From NCBI GenBank assembly GCA_049320885.1, contig JBMORA010000035.1, forward strand, positions 1-64,000: 64,000 bases of DNA, given 5' to 3'. Origin of the DNA: Thermodesulfobacteriota bacterium. Lineage in GTDB: Bacteria; Desulfobacterota; Desulfobacteria; Desulfobacterales; SURF-7. Every line of letters starts with the position of its first letter. The stretch's first letter is position 1. Made by a program: the position numbers and the translations under genes. Below are positions 48,065-60,234 of the stretch, piece by piece. The notes beneath the pieces were generated by a model that was not told where the DNA came from, ran no database searches, and worked only from the letters and a program-made list of their open reading frames with translations.

Positions 48065-50461
48065 TCATGCCGGGTCCTCCGGGGCGGCGTTCCGGATTTC
48101 CCGGGCTTTTAAACGGCCCTGGATGTATTTTCCCAGGACCCAGACGGCCTGATCCGCGGAGCGGAAGACGGGCAGGCCGCCGGACTGGAAGGCCTCGGCC
48201 AGGGGGTCGTACAGGGGGCCGCTGTCCACCACGATAATCAGGGGTTTGTCGGATCGTGCGGCCAGATGGATGATGTTGCGGGCCGGATTGCCGCCGTCCA
48301 TCCCGGACGCCGCGGGCCGGAGAGTGTGCAGAAGGGGGGTCAGTGGCACCAGGGCCGCGATGACGGCGTCCACCGTCGGATCCTGGAGCAGGATTTCGAT
48401 GACCGCTTCGTAAACCGTTTCGTCGGCCATGGGGGTGAGATCCAGGGGATTGTTCAGGTCCACCAGGGTGTCGAGATGGGCGTCCCGCAGGGTTTGCAGG
48501 AGTCGCTGCCGGGTGTCCGGGGTGAGCCCGGCCATTTCCAGGCGATAATCCTCGCCCAGAATGTTGTCGGCAATGCCCACGGATTCGTATCCCGCATTGC
48601 TCACCGCCGCCAGCCGGTTGCCGGATATGGTTTTACCGCCCAGGGCGGAGGAAAGCCGGAAAAGTCCCTCGAAGCCGGTGAAGGTGGTGGCCACCATGGC
48701 GCCGGCCTGGCGGACGCAGGCTTCGCAGACCATGTAATCGCTGGCCAGGGACGCGGTGTGGCTTGACATGGCGGTTTTGCCTTCGGGCGTCCTGCCGGCC
48801 TTGTAGAAGATGACATCCTTGCCTTTCCGGACAGCCTCCCGGATGGCCCGCGCGAAATTCAGGCCGTCCAGATCCCGGAACCCTTCCATGTAAGAGGCCA
48901 CGGTTTTAATGGAGTCGATGCGGTTGATGAACCGCAGCATGTCGCCGGCGGTCATGTCGATCTGATTGCCGATGGAAACGGCGTAGGCCGGGTCCAGAAA
49001 ATTCAGCTTGCTCATGCGGGTGATCATGTAGGCGCCGCTTTGACTGATAAAGGCGCTGGTGCGCGGATGGTCGCCGCGGTGCTTGGGCAGCTTGTCGTCG
49101 GGAATGAAAAACGTGTCGAATTTTCCTGGCTGGGAGAGAATGCCGAGGCTGTTGCCCCCCACAAAAAGGGGGCCGCCGCCGGGCTTGTTGCGGGCGGCGC
49201 GGATGTCCGTCTCGATTTCCAGGCTGCGTCCCGCGCTGCCTTTTTTTTCGCCCAGTCCACCGGGAATCAGCAAAACGGTTTCGGCCGCGTCCGTGTCGAT
49301 GATGCGGCGTACCAGGTCCGGCACAGTATCGGCTTCCACCGCCAGAATCAGCAGGTCCGCCTTGGGGGCCAATTCCACAAGGGATGGAACCGTGGCAATG
49401 CCCTCAATCGGTTCGGCGGAGGGGTGGATGATCCGGAGGCCGGCCGGATCAAAGCCGTTTGCCAGAATATTCCGGAGGATGATGCGTCCCACATTCATGG
49501 ATTTGCGGGAAACGCCGATCAGGGCGATCCGTTCGGGGTGCAGCAGGTTATGGATTTTGACAATCGGCCTTTCAACCGGCAACGGCTGGGGCTTGGAAAA
49601 GCGGCAACGGCCGTCCAGGGGCAGCATCAGGTAATCGGCGAAGGCGAAGGGGTTGATTTCCAGATCCTCGATGACGAATCCGGCCGCGGGATTCAGGGGT
49701 GAAAAATGATTTCCCAGGGCGATGAAGGCGGAAAAACATTCTTGCAACTGTTCGTCGGTCACCAGCCGGCGGTGTCCGCGGGTCAGCCCGGCCAGTTTCT
49801 TGTAGGAAATGGTGCGCTTGAAAAGGGGAAAAAACGCCTCGCCGCCAGTCATGACCGTGGAGGCCGTCGCGGCGGCCTGCCCTTTTTTCAGGCTTTCGGC
49901 GTAGAGCTCCGTGTCGGTGCCGCCCAGGCCGGCGGTGATGGTCATGCCGAATTCCCGGGTTCTTCTGAGGCTGACGATCAACTCGTTGCCGAATTCGTGG
50001 GAGACATCCGGAATATACTGGCAGATGAGCACGCCCTGGATATCCCGGGCGATGGCCGCGATCAAGTCTTCGCCCCGCAGATCCCGATAGATTTCCGGCG
50101 TTAGGGCGGGGTTGGTTTCCAGCATCCGGGCGAAGGCGGCCGGAACCTCATATAGCATGGCCCGGGTGGCCGAGAGGATTTTTTCCGGATCCTTCCGGGT
50201 GATGCGCACGCCGCCCACATCGCTTTTATGAGTGATGAACGGCGATACGATCTTGACGACGATATCCCCGCCCGGCAGGGAGTTCAGAATGTCCGGATTC
50301 AGACGCGCATCCCTGGCCAACAGCGAAAAACGGGGCAGGGTTTCGGCGCCGGACAGACGGATCAGTTCATAGACTTCATGCTCATACAGAAAACTGCGGT
50401 TTTCCGTTTGCGCTTGGGAGAACAACCCGGCGATGGATTTCAAGTCGACATGGATGTCCAC
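48065..50461 (-). CDS. Acyl-CoA synthetase (NDP-forming), ATP-grasp domain N-terminal
   Basis: VKIVSPFITHKSDVGGV, EINPF; CoA-binding domain; SQSGA; SHTASLA phospho-His; NNPLDLT. GTG start with AGGAG. Confidence 0.88.
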   Translation of the reverse strand: MDIHVDLKSIAGLFSQAQTENRSFLYEHEVYELIRLSGAETLPRFSLLARDARLNPDILNSLPGGDIVVKIVSPFITHKSDVGGVRITRKDPEKILSATRAMLYEVPAAFARMLETNPALTPEIYRDLRGEDLIAAIARDIQGVLICQYIPDVSHEFGNELIVSLRRTREFGMTITAGLGGTDTELYAESLKKGQAAATASTVMTGGEAFFPLFKRTISYKKLAGLTRGHRRLVTDEQLQECFSAFIALGNHFSPLNPAAGFVIEDLEINPFAFADYLMLPLDGRCRFSKPQPLPVERPIVKIHNLLHPERIALIGVSRKSMNVGRIILRNILANGFDPAGLRIIHPSAEPIEGIATVPSLVELAPKADLLILAVEADTVPDLVRRIIDTDAAETVLLIPGGLGEKKGSAGRSLEIETDIRAARNKPGGGPLFVGGNSLGILSQPGKFDTFFIPDDKLPKHRGDHPRTSAFISQSGAYMITRMSKLNFLDPAYAVSIGNQIDMTAGDMLRFINRIDSIKTVASYMEGFRDLDGLNFARAIREAVRKGKDVIFYKAGRTPEGKTAMSSHTASLASDYMVCEACVRQAGAMVATTFTGFEGLFRLSSALGGKTISGNRLAAVSNAGYESVGIADNILGEDYRLEMAGLTPDTRQRLLQTLRDAHLDTLVDLNNPLDLTPMADETVYEAVIEILLQDPTVDAVIAALVPLTPLLHTLRPAASGMDGGNPARNIIHLAARSDKPLIIVVDSGPLYDPLAEAFQSGGLPVFRSADQAVWVLGKYIQGRLKAREIRNAAPEDPA

Positions 50462-50610
50462 ATGTAACTCCTGAATGAGGGGTTGTGGATGAATAGCCGT
50501 TTCAGTGTAGCAGGAGCGGTCTGGAATTTCAACGAAACATCGCAGCCAGTTGACTAAACAGACTCGCATGTCGTACCATCGATTCTTTCAGAAAAGAAGA
50601 GGATCAACAG

Positions 50611-52068
50611 ATGCCCAAAGTCTTTTTGCATATTTTTGACACGATCCTCGGTTCCGTCCGTGAACCGTTGGTGGTGCTTGATTCGGATTTGAAAGTTGTC
50701 AGAGCCAACGATGCTTTTTATCAGACCTTCCACGTGAAACCTGAAAAGACGGAGGGGAAGATCATATACGATCTCGGCAACCGACAATGGGACATACCCA
50801 AACTCAGGGAACTGCTCGAGAATATCCTGCCTCAGAATACGAAATTCAATGATTTTGAAGTGGAACATACCTTTGAAACCATCGGCCGAAAGATAATGCA
50901 TCTGAATGCCAGACGGATTTACGGAAAGCTGAAGAAACCGCAGATGATCCTCCTGGCCATCGAGGATGTAACCGAACGCGAATATTATAAAAGGCATCTT
51001 GAGGAATTGGTTGAAGAACGAACGACTGAACTCAGGAGGTCAAGAGAAGCGGCGGAAACGGCGCTTGCAGAAATAAAGGATTTGAAAGAAAAGCTTGAAG
51101 CCGAAAGAACATATCTTCAGGAAGAAATCAAGCTGGAATACAACCATGAAAACATTATCGGTCAAAGCAACGAAATCAATTATGTGTTTTATAAGGTAGA
51201 GCAAATTGCGCGTACGGATACGAACGTGTTGGTTCTGGGCGAAACCGGAACCGGCAAAGAGCTGGTCGCACGGGCAATTCATGGCTTGAGCTCACGAAAA
51301 AATCGCGCTTTGGTCAAGATGAATTGCGCCACACTCCCATCAAATCTGATTGAAAGTGAGCTGTTTGGGCACGAGAAAGGCGCGTTCACCGGCGCCCAGG
51401 CAAGGCGGTTGGGGCGATTTGAGATTGCCCACGGTGCCACCTTGTTTCTCGATGAAATCGGCGAACTGCCGTTGGAATTGCAACCGAAGTTGCTCCAGGT
51501 AATTCAATGCGGTGAGTTCGAACGGTTGGGAAGCTCGGAAACGATCAAGGTAGATGTGCGAATCATCGCAGCCACAAATCGCCATCTGGAGGAAGAAGTC
51601 TGCATGGGGCGATTCCGGGAGGATCTCTGGTACCGGCTGAATGTGTTTCCAATTACGATGCCACCGCTCCGAAATCGGGTGGACGACATCCCCCTTCTGG
51701 TGAGGTTTTATGTTGATAAGATTTCAAAACGACTCGGCAAATCCATCCAGTTGATTCCAGCGGGCGTGATGGGGGCGTTGCAGAATTATCATTGGCCCGG
51801 CAACGTTCGCGAACTGGAAAATGTTCTGGAGCGGGCGGTGATCAGTTCCTCGGGGACCAAACTGCGGCTGGTGGATGATCTTGAATTGCCCAACAGGAAA
51901 TCGGCGTTGGCAGAACGGACCCTGCGGGAGGTCGAACGGGAATATATTATCCGTGTACTTGACCAGACCCAATGGAAAATAAGCGGGAAAAAAAGCGCCG
52001 CCGAGATCCTCGGTCTTGACCGCAGCACCCTGCGCGCCCGGATGCGCAAGCTCGGTATTCAAAAATGA
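50611..52068 (+). CDS. PAS-domain sigma54 enhancer-binding protein
   Basis: PAS ([18 protein letters not shown]...GNRQWDIP), coiled coil, [39 protein letters not shown]. Confidence 0.93.
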   Translation: MPKVFLHIFDTILGSVREPLVVLDSDLKVVRANDAFYQTFHVKPEKTEGKIIYDLGNRQWDIPKLRELLENILPQNTKFNDFEVEHTFETIGRKIMHLNARRIYGKLKKPQMILLAIEDVTEREYYKRHLEELVEERTTELRRSREAAETALAEIKDLKEKLEAERTYLQEEIKLEYNHENIIGQSNEINYVFYKVEQIARTDTNVLVLGETGTGKELVARAIHGLSSRKNRALVKMNCATLPSNLIESELFGHEKGAFTGAQARRLGRFEIAHGATLFLDEIGELPLELQPKLLQVIQCGEFERLGSSETIKVDVRIIAATNRHLEEEVCMGRFREDLWYRLNVFPITMPPLRNRVDDIPLLVRFYVDKISKRLGKSIQLIPAGVMGALQNYHWPGNVRELENVLERAVISSSGTKLRLVDDLELPNRKSALAERTLREVEREYIIRVLDQTQWKISGKKSAAEILGLDRSTLRARMRKLGIQK

Positions 52069-52186
52069 AACCCGGCCGGAAAGCGCATTGCCCGCTCGTA
52101 AACCAGCAATGATATCCCGGCCCGGTTCGATGGTTCTTTTCACCGTAAACCGAATCTGACCCACCGAAACCCAATCTCCGAAACAA

Positions 52187-52217
52187 GGTCATATATGACC
52201 ATTGGTTACATATGACC
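52187..52217. promoter_or_regulatory. Tandem palindromic enhancer, copy A
   Basis: GGTCATATATGACC-ATT-GGTTACATATGACC. Confidence 0.8.
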
Positions 52218-52317
52218 CGGTCGATCAAGTTGTTTCTACCGGCCCCGCTGAAAACGAGAAAATGAATTGTTTATAGATATCAAAACGATGTTTTATCAAA
52301 ACGATTATATTTAACAT

Positions 52318-52335
52318 TCGGCATGAAGTTTGATT
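52318..52335 (+). promoter_or_regulatory. Putative sigma54 promoter for the KH-ABM unit
   Basis: TCGGCATGAAGTTTGATT (GG-N10-GA), preceded by an AT-rich tract. Confidence 0.6.
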
Positions 52336-52432
52336 ACCTAAATGAATGACTGCATGCTGGTTATTGCAGGACTCGTTTTGTCGGCTCCACATGACTTATA
52401 CTTTCGATCCGTGGGAGAAAAAGAGGTGCGCC

Positions 52433-52663
52433 ATGAAACAACTGATAGAAATCATTGCCCGAGAGCTGGTTGATGAACCGAATGTCGTATCTATTACAGA
52501 AGTTGGGGGGATGTACACATCCATTCTAGAGCTGCGGGTCGCAAAATCGGATATCGGCAAGATAATCGGCAAAAATGGTCGGACCGTCAGTGCGCTGCGG
52601 ACCATCATCAGCGCTGTTTCTGCAAAAGGAAAAAAGCGCACGGTCCTTGAAATCCTTGAATAG
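52433..52663 (+). CDS. KH-domain RNA-binding protein (KhpA-like)
   Basis: MKQLIEIIARELVDEP...DIGKIIGKNGRT (GxxG); 76 aa. Confidence 0.9.
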   Translation: MKQLIEIIARELVDEPNVVSITEVGGMYTSILELRVAKSDIGKIIGKNGRTVSALRTIISAVSAKGKKRTVLEILE

Positions 52664-52697
52664 CGCAAACATCCTGAAATACCGGGAGGTGGGAGCA

Positions 52698-53033
52698 ATG
52701 ATCATCGTCAGAATTACAATGAGCGTACTTTCGGAAAAACAGAAAGAGCTGGTGCAGACCCTGCTCTCCATGATGGCGCCGTTGAAAGAAGAAGCCGGAT
52801 GCCGGAGCTACGCCCTCTTTTGTGACATCGAGGATAAAAATCTGTTGACGCTTCTCGAAGAGTGGCGAACAAGAAAAGAGCTGGATCATCACTTGCGATC
52901 TGAAATGTTCGGCGTTCTGCTGGGAACGAAGAGTCTTTTAAACGAACCGCATGGAATTCATATCTACACCATTCAACAATCCGAAGGGGCGGAGGCCGTC
53001 CTGGCCGCGAGGGGCAAAAATATCGCCCCGTGA
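52698..53033 (+). CDS. Antibiotic biosynthesis monooxygenase (ABM) family protein
   Basis: EAGCRSY...LLEEW...LDHHLRSEMF. Confidence 0.8.
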   Translation: MIIVRITMSVLSEKQKELVQTLLSMMAPLKEEAGCRSYALFCDIEDKNLLTLLEEWRTRKELDHHLRSEMFGVLLGTKSLLNEPHGIHIYTIQQSEGAEAVLAARGKNIAP

Positions 53034-53283
53034 TCCCATGGGCATTGAAAGGCAGGGGTCTGAATTCAATCTCCACAAAACAACGAACCGCTGCCGGTAC
53101 ATCAATGAATAACGAGCAGATGGAAGATAAACGCAAAACAAAAAGCAGGCTGATCAGTGAGCGGAACCCTGCAATATGCGGCGTGCATTTGGATTTGGCC
53201 TTGGCGAGCCATCACGAACGGAATTTGTGCATTCATATTCATTCAGGAAGAATTTTCGCTCTGCTCCATTTTCATTTTTCCTC

Positions 53284-53658
53284 TCATCCTTTAGAGTCCG
53301 AATACAGAAAACCGGCAGTCGCTTTTTCAAGAGTCTGAAAAGTTAATGGTTTCGACAATACCAGATCGACATTTTCGTGTTTTGTTTTTCGCGATTCAAG
53401 GTCTTCAATCACACTGCCGGTTATCATGATCACCGGCGTATCCGGAGACTTTTGCTTTATACGTTTGGCTAGGATATACCCGTCCATCACCGGCATATAC
53501 AAGTCCGTGGTTACAAGGTCGAATGGTGTTTGAGCAAACAGCCGCAACGCTTCCGACCCATTGAAGGCCGTCCTCACTTCATGCCCCATGTTACGGAGCA
53601 TTTCAGACAGGACATCGCGCGATATTTGTTGATCATCCGTGACTAAAATGGTTGCCAT
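53284..53658 (-). CDS. Single-domain response regulator
   Basis: ILVTDD, TTDLYMPVMDG, MITG, LSKP. Confidence 0.9.
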   Translation of the reverse strand: MATILVTDDQQISRDVLSEMLRNMGHEVRTAFNGSEALRLFAQTPFDLVTTDLYMPVMDGYILAKRIKQKSPDTPVIMITGSVIEDLESRKTKHENVDLVLSKPLTFQTLEKATAGFLYSDSKG

Positions 53659-53720
53659 TCGGGTCCCCTTTGTTTGTAACAGTAAGTAAACCGTGCGTCC
53701 GGCAGCGACATTCATTTGGC

Positions 53721-54080
53721 TCATCGGCACTCTAAAACCGGTAATTTTTCAAACAGGTCGATGCCGTCAAAGAGCAGCTCAATCGAACCGTCGCCCTTGG
53801 AATCATATAAATCCATGACGGATTCGGCGATTCTGATTGCATGGGGCGCGATGGGAAACAAGTTGCGGGTCCGCAGGGTCGCGACCAATGTCGCCATCCC
53901 CTCCCGAATGGAAGACAAAATAGCCGAACCTTCATACGTTTCTTCGCAGAGAAAAGAAAACGTTTCTTTGCACGCCATCGAAGAGCCTGTTTTCCTCAGC
54001 GCCCGTTGGATGATTGCATATTCTTTGATATTGAGCTTATTATTTAAACTTTCCCGGGAGATAAGAAATTTTTGTCGCAT
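53721..54080 (-). CDS. Hypothetical protein
   Basis: 119-aa ORF (MRQKFLISRE...LRTRNLFPI) with GGAGA SD, co-oriented within the groEL unit. Confidence 0.7.
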   Translation of the reverse strand: MRQKFLISRESLNNKLNIKEYAIIQRALRKTGSSMACKETFSFLCEETYEGSAILSSIREGMATLVATLRTRNLFPIAPHAIRIAESVMDLYDSKGDGSIELLFDGIDLFEKLPVLECR

Positions 54081-54120
54081 GCATTTTCTCCGTTTCATCC
54101 GGTTTCAATTGCAAATACGC

Positions 54121-54273
54121 TCATGGATTTTCGCCATCATCATGAGAAGGATTTGGTTCATCTTCCGGTTTTATGGTTTTACTATCCCGCTTGTTTTGTC
54201 GCTTTTGTTCTTTTTTTTCTTTTCTGGCCAGTTCTTTCTGGCGTTTTTTAAATTGAAAATTGGTTTTCGCCAA
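54121..54273 (-). CDS. Small Lys/Arg-rich protein (50 aa)
   Basis: TTG start after GGAGGAGG; MAKTNFQFKKRQKELARKEKKEQKRQNKRDSKTIKPEDEPNPSHDDGENP; absent from the ORF track. Confidence 0.75.
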   Translation of the reverse strand: MAKTNFQFKKRQKELARKEKKEQKRQNKRDSKTIKPEDEPNPSHDDGENP

Positions 54274-54324
54274 TGCTGCCCCTCCTCCGTTGGTTTTGTT
54301 GCCTGTAAAAATGGGCTGAACATT

Positions 54325-55998
<1,674 letters not shown>

Positions 55999-56014
55999 TC
56001 AGGCATTCTTTATA

Positions 56015-56031
56015 GTCAAGGTTTATGCCAA
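56015..56031 (-). promoter_or_regulatory. Putative sigma54 promoter for the groEL unit
   Basis: Minus strand TTGGCATAAACCTTGAC (GG-N10-GA). Confidence 0.65.
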
Positions 56032-56122
56032 TATGGGTACAACCGGCTTAATTAAAAAATTGTTATGATATCAATATGTTTATTATTTGAAAGACGGTTG
56101 CCGGGAGAAGACGGGACACAAA

Positions 56123-56161
56123 GCAAGGTCATATATGACCATTGGTCATATATGACCTTGC
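56123..56161. promoter_or_regulatory. Tandem palindromic enhancer, copy B
   Basis: GCAA-GGTCATATATGACC-ATT-GGTCATATATGACC-TTGC; the 39 bp is a perfect palindrome around the central base. Confidence 0.85.
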
Positions 56162-56327
56162 ATCGCCGACAATTCTGATATTGGCGGCACTCAGCTTGAA
56201 ATGATCACGAAACTCCTGAAAATATGTTGGCTCGGTTTTCCCGCCTTCACTGAGCGGGGTGGAACTCCAGCCGGAAATCGAGCAGCGGTATTTGAACGAG
56301 ATCAAACTGTCCACCTGTCCTCAAATC

Positions 56328-56468
56328 ATGCCAATCCGGGACGGTTATACGGCGCTGATAAATAAGGGTATGATTGAGATGACCATTCCCGACAACCCGA
56401 GGAGCCGGTTGCAGAAATACCGGCTTACCGAAAAAGGCAAGGCGCTCCTATCCGTCAAGGGAAGGTGA
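56328..56468 (+). pseudogene. Remnant of a Fic/RecG-associated C-terminal winged-HTH domain
   Basis: GMIEMTIPDNPRSRLQKYRLTEKG signature with no upstream body. Confidence 0.6.
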
Positions 56469-56487
56469 CGAGGCAAACGAAACCCGT

Positions 56488-56523
56488 TTTTTTATCTGTG
56501 TCCATCCGAGCAATCTGTGGATA
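56488..56523 (-). repeat. ACAGATGAA-family half element
   Basis: ttatctgtgtccatccgagcaatctgtggataa; inverse partner of 57003-57036. Confidence 0.65.
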
Positions 56524-56860
56524 AACCGCTTTTCCCGCCGGCGGCAGAGAGATTGATCCAAAAGATTTTTTGAAGATGGTTTCCGTCCTGTGTCCGCAGC
56601 TGACACACCATTGTGATACAGATAAACACAATCGGATTTTTCAATCCCCGATGAAAAAAGTATAGCATAAACAAATCAATGTATTATGGCGCTTTTTCAT
56701 GGAAAAGACAATACAATTGAAATGTTAGGGTGATTGGTTCGAAAATGATGAATAAATAAATACTTATCGGTATTGACAAGCCGCTGGCTTTCAGGTTTAG
56801 ATAAAAATCTTCTTAATATTGTTAAAGTCGGGCGTTCATTTCCATTGATTTTCAGAGGTT

Positions 56861-56981
56861 GGCCATCGGCGTGGCCTATCTGGTGAAGCTGGCCCTGGAC
56901 GCTACGCCTCCGGATCAGATGACCCCCGAACTCCTGGACTTCAGCCACGGCATCTCCCTCGAGTTCGACAAAGCGATCCAC
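56861..56981 (+). pseudogene. Probable internal fragment of an ADP-ribosylglycohydrolase
   Basis: AIGVAYLVKLALDATPPDQMTPELLDFSHGISLEFDKAI; GC-rich patch in AT-rich DNA; assignment from recall of the family. Confidence 0.5.
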
Positions 56982-57002
56982 TTCGAGATGCTTGAAAAAG
57001 AC

Positions 57003-57036
57003 TATCCACAGATGATGCAGATTAACACAGATGAAA
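57003..57036 (+). repeat. ACAGATGAA-family half element
   Basis: tatccacagatgatgcagattaacacagatgaaaa. Confidence 0.7.
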
Positions 57037-57103
57037 ACCGTAACAATAAGCTGCGCGAATCTTCGAAACCCGCAGATTCAAACCATTTTGTGGAGGTCAG
57101 TAA

Positions 57104-58138
57104 GTGAGCGGACTGAAAAAAAGCAATCCAGGCCCGGACTACACCCACCTCCTTGCAGAGGTGAAAGAGCGTGTTCGTTCGGCGCAATATGCCGCGTTGA
57201 AATCGGTCAATACCGAGTTGGTCGGGCTGTATTGGGACATCGGGCGGATGATCGTGGAACGCCAGACAGACGCCGAACATGGCACGGCCATAGCTGAACA
57301 GTTGGCCAAGGATCTGAGGACAGAATTTCCCGGAATCAGCGGTTTTTCCCGGCGCAATGTCTTTTATATGCGGGAATTTTACCTGCTTTACCGCGACGAT
57401 AAGCGAGTGCAACCACTGGTTGCACAAATCGGATGGACTCATAACCTGATGATTTTTCAGCGCTGTAAAGATCCTTTGGAGCGGGAATTTTATATCCGCA
57501 TGACCCAAAAATTCGGCTGGTCCAAGAATGTTCTTATCCACCAGATCGACAACCAGAGCTATGAAAAATCCCTGCTCGGCCAGACCAATTTCGATCAGGC
57601 GCTGACACCGGAACTGCGCGGTCAGGCCAAATTGGCGGTGAAGGATGAATATACCTTTGATTTTTTAGAATTGGGCGAGGAGCACAGCGAACGGGAGTTG
57701 GAACGGGCGCTGCTCGCCCGGATCGAAGACTTCCTAAGGGCCATGGGTGGTATGTTCGCCTTCATGGGCAGTCAATATCGGTTGGAGATCGATGGCGAGG
57801 AATTTTTTATCGATCTGCTGCTGTTTCACCGGCGGTTGCGCTGTCTGGTGGCCATTGAGTTGAAAATAGGGAAGTTCAGGCCGGAGTTTGTCGGCAAGAT
57901 GCAGTTTTATTTGACCGCACTTGACCGACAGGTGAGGCATGAAGACGAAAATCTTTCTATCGGAATCATTCTTTGCAAAGAAAAGAGCCGTACGATTGTC
58001 GAGTATGCCTTGCACGATGCACGCAAGCCCATTGGGGTGGCAACCTATAGAATCACCAAGACCTTGCCAAAGGAATTGAGAGGACAGTTGCCACTGCCGG
58101 AAGAGATTGCAGCCCTGCTGGAAGGGATTGAAGAATGA
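57104..58138 (+). CDS. YhcG/DUF1016 PD-(D/E)XK nuclease domain protein
   Basis: LYWDIG, GFSRRN..YMREFY, KDEYTFDFL, FFIDLLLFHRRLRCLVAIELK, GKMQFYL. Confidence 0.93.
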   Translation: MSGLKKSNPGPDYTHLLAEVKERVRSAQYAALKSVNTELVGLYWDIGRMIVERQTDAEHGTAIAEQLAKDLRTEFPGISGFSRRNVFYMREFYLLYRDDKRVQPLVAQIGWTHNLMIFQRCKDPLEREFYIRMTQKFGWSKNVLIHQIDNQSYEKSLLGQTNFDQALTPELRGQAKLAVKDEYTFDFLELGEEHSERELERALLARIEDFLRAMGGMFAFMGSQYRLEIDGEEFFIDLLLFHRRLRCLVAIELKIGKFRPEFVGKMQFYLTALDRQVRHEDENLSIGIILCKEKSRTIVEYALHDARKPIGVATYRITKTLPKELRGQLPLPEEIAALLEGIEE

Positions 58139-58461
58139 GTGCATACCCCTCATTTGATCCGGGCACAGTTGAGGCCATTGCCAAGATGATAGGCGAAGGC
58201 TGGATCGCCGAAGAAGCCGTGGCCCTGGCCCTCTACTGTTTTCTCAAACACCCCGACATCTACGCCGACACCGTCATCCGCGCTGCCAACACCAACACCA
58301 ACGGCGACTCGGATTCCATTGCCTGCATCGCCGGGGGGATCAGTGGTGCGTATCTGGGGGTTGCGGCGATTTCCGGTGAATGGGTCAGACGGGTTGAAAA
58401 GATGGAATACCTGGACACTTTGGCGATTCGACTGGTTGAAAAAAAAGAGTTCAAGGTTTGA
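58135..58461 (+). pseudogene. Chimeric ORF ending in an ADP-ribosylglycohydrolase C-terminus
   Basis: GEGWIAEEAVALALYCFL...NTNGDSDSIACIAGGISGAYLG...W; the first ~20 aa look unrelated. Confidence 0.7.
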
Positions 58462-58481
58462 AAGTTCAAGGTTCAGGGTTG
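58449..58481 (+). repeat. GTTCAAG-heptamer element
   Basis: 30/33 identical to 60075-60107. Confidence 0.85.
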
Positions 58482-58564
58482 AAAAACAATCAGGTGGTTA
58501 AAAATCCGGTTTTATTTTGTAAAAATATATAGTATGGTATGTATAAATATATAATAAATACCTT

Positions 58565-60019
58565 TTGAGGTCTTTTTTGAAGGATTTTTTGGATCGCAGC
58601 GAGATCATCAATGTACTCACCGGGTTCAATCCCTGGTGGAGTGAGCGTCGCCTGGCAGTGCCCCCGTTTCGGCGTCTGGCCTTTGACGCCTGCCGGCGCT
58701 ATCTGGAGGATACCAGCTTGCGCCGGGCCGTGCTCCTGTCCGGGCCGCGGCGGGTGGGCAAAACCACCGTGCTTCAGCAGATGGCCCAGGCATTGGCCCA
58801 AAAAGGAGACACCCCCAGAAGCATCCTCTATCTGAGCCTGGATCATCCCCTGTTGAAATTGCTGTCCCTCCGGGAGATCCTGGCGCTCTTTCACGAGAGC
58901 ACCCATCCCGACGGCCAGCCGGCCACCCTGTTGCTCGATGAAGTCCAGTACGCCCCGCAATGGGAAACCGAGATCAAGCTGCTCATCGATCACAAGCCCC
59001 AGTATCGCATCCTGGCTACCGGCTCCGCTTCGGTGGTCCACCAGGACCGCCTGGCGGAAAGCGGCGTGGGGCGCTGGATCACCGTTCCCATTCCCACCCT
59101 TTCCTTCTTTGAATTTGTCAGCATGCGCAACCAGCTGCCCGAGGGCCTTGCTCCGGATCTGCGGGTCAGCGCCATCTTCTCCTTTTCGTCCGGCGACCTG
59201 GCCGCCCTGGCAGCCCGAATGCGGCCCCTGCAGCCGCTTTTTCAACGCTATCTTCTGGTGGGAGGTTTCCCGGAAACCGCCAACCAGGAAAACATCGACC
59301 TGTGCCAGCGGCTGTTGCGGGAAGATGTGGTGGAACGGGTGCTGAAGCGGGACATGACGGCCCTCTTCGGGGTCCGAAATATCAACGATCTCGAAAAGCT
59401 CTTCATCTATCTGTGCCTGCATTCCGGCGGTATCCTGGCCCACCAGGCCTGCGCCCGGGATTTGGGCACCACCACCACCACGGTGGCCAACCACCTGACC
59501 CTGCTGGAACAGGCCAATCTCATCTATCGCCTGCCGCCTTCCGGGCTGAGTGGCAAACGCATGCTCAAGGCCCGCAACAAATACTATCTGGTGGATGCGG
59601 CCCTGCGCAATGCCGTGCTCCTCAAAGGGGAAGAGATCTTCACCAGCCCCGAGGAGATGGGTACCATCGTTGCGACCACCGTGCTGCGCCACCTGTTTGT
59701 CTACTATTACCGGGACACGCCGGAGATCGTCTACTGGCGGGATGCCATAACCCAGAAGGAGGTGGACATCATCGTGCGCAGCCCGGCATATGTGTTGCCG
59801 TTTGAAGTCAAATACAGCGCCAAACCGCAATTGGATGCAAAGAGCGGGCTGGGCATCTACTGCGCATCGGAAAACCCGAAGCAGGGGTATCTGGTGACCC
59901 AGCGGGATGCGGATTTTGCGGTTACCCGGTTGAAGGGTGTGGATACGACCTTTTTGAAGATTCCGGCGTATATTCTCTGTTATTTGTTGGGGCAGTCGGA
60001 GCGGTTGTTGTGGGGCTAA
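58565..60019 (+). CDS. AAA+ ATPase with DUF4143 domain
   Basis: GPRRVGKTT, LLDEVQ, TGSAS, GGFPE, C-terminal EVDII...FEVK. Confidence 0.9.
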   Translation: MRSFLKDFLDRSEIINVLTGFNPWWSERRLAVPPFRRLAFDACRRYLEDTSLRRAVLLSGPRRVGKTTVLQQMAQALAQKGDTPRSILYLSLDHPLLKLLSLREILALFHESTHPDGQPATLLLDEVQYAPQWETEIKLLIDHKPQYRILATGSASVVHQDRLAESGVGRWITVPIPTLSFFEFVSMRNQLPEGLAPDLRVSAIFSFSSGDLAALAARMRPLQPLFQRYLLVGGFPETANQENIDLCQRLLREDVVERVLKRDMTALFGVRNINDLEKLFIYLCLHSGGILAHQACARDLGTTTTTVANHLTLLEQANLIYRLPPSGLSGKRMLKARNKYYLVDAALRNAVLLKGEEIFTSPEEMGTIVATTVLRHLFVYYYRDTPEIVYWRDAITQKEVDIIVRSPAYVLPFEVKYSAKPQLDAKSGLGIYCASENPKQGYLVTQRDADFAVTRLKGVDTTFLKIPAYILCYLLGQSERLLWG

Positions 60020-60074
60020 ATAGAATCAATCCAATCCCGCCCGAACCTGGCGGATTCCATTGGCTGTATTGCTG

Positions 60075-60213
60075 GTTCAAGGTTGAAAAGTTCAAGGTTC
60101 AAGGTTGCCAGGTTCAATGTATAAGGTTGGTTGTTACGGGGCTTTCAAACTTTGAACCTTGAACATTTGAACTTTGAACAGTCTTTACCTTTGAACCAGT
60201 TAACTTTGAACTT
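60075..60213. repeat. GTTCAAG-heptamer inverted array (empty hairpin)
   Basis: (g/a)gttcaa units at 60075-60117, then ttgaac(c/t) units at 60143-60213. Confidence 0.85.
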
Positions 60214-60234
60214 ACTATCGTTGCAGTTTAAAAC

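Noticed and set aside
48065..50461. Swapped domain order in the acyl-CoA synthetase as a novelty
   Set aside because: Domain shuffling is well known in this superfamily.
54190..54230. Frameshift in the A-run of the small basic ORF
   Set aside because: Recounting gives an intact 50-codon frame.
60075..60213. CRISPR array
   Set aside because: Units are 7-bp tandem and inverted, with no unique spacers and no cas genes.
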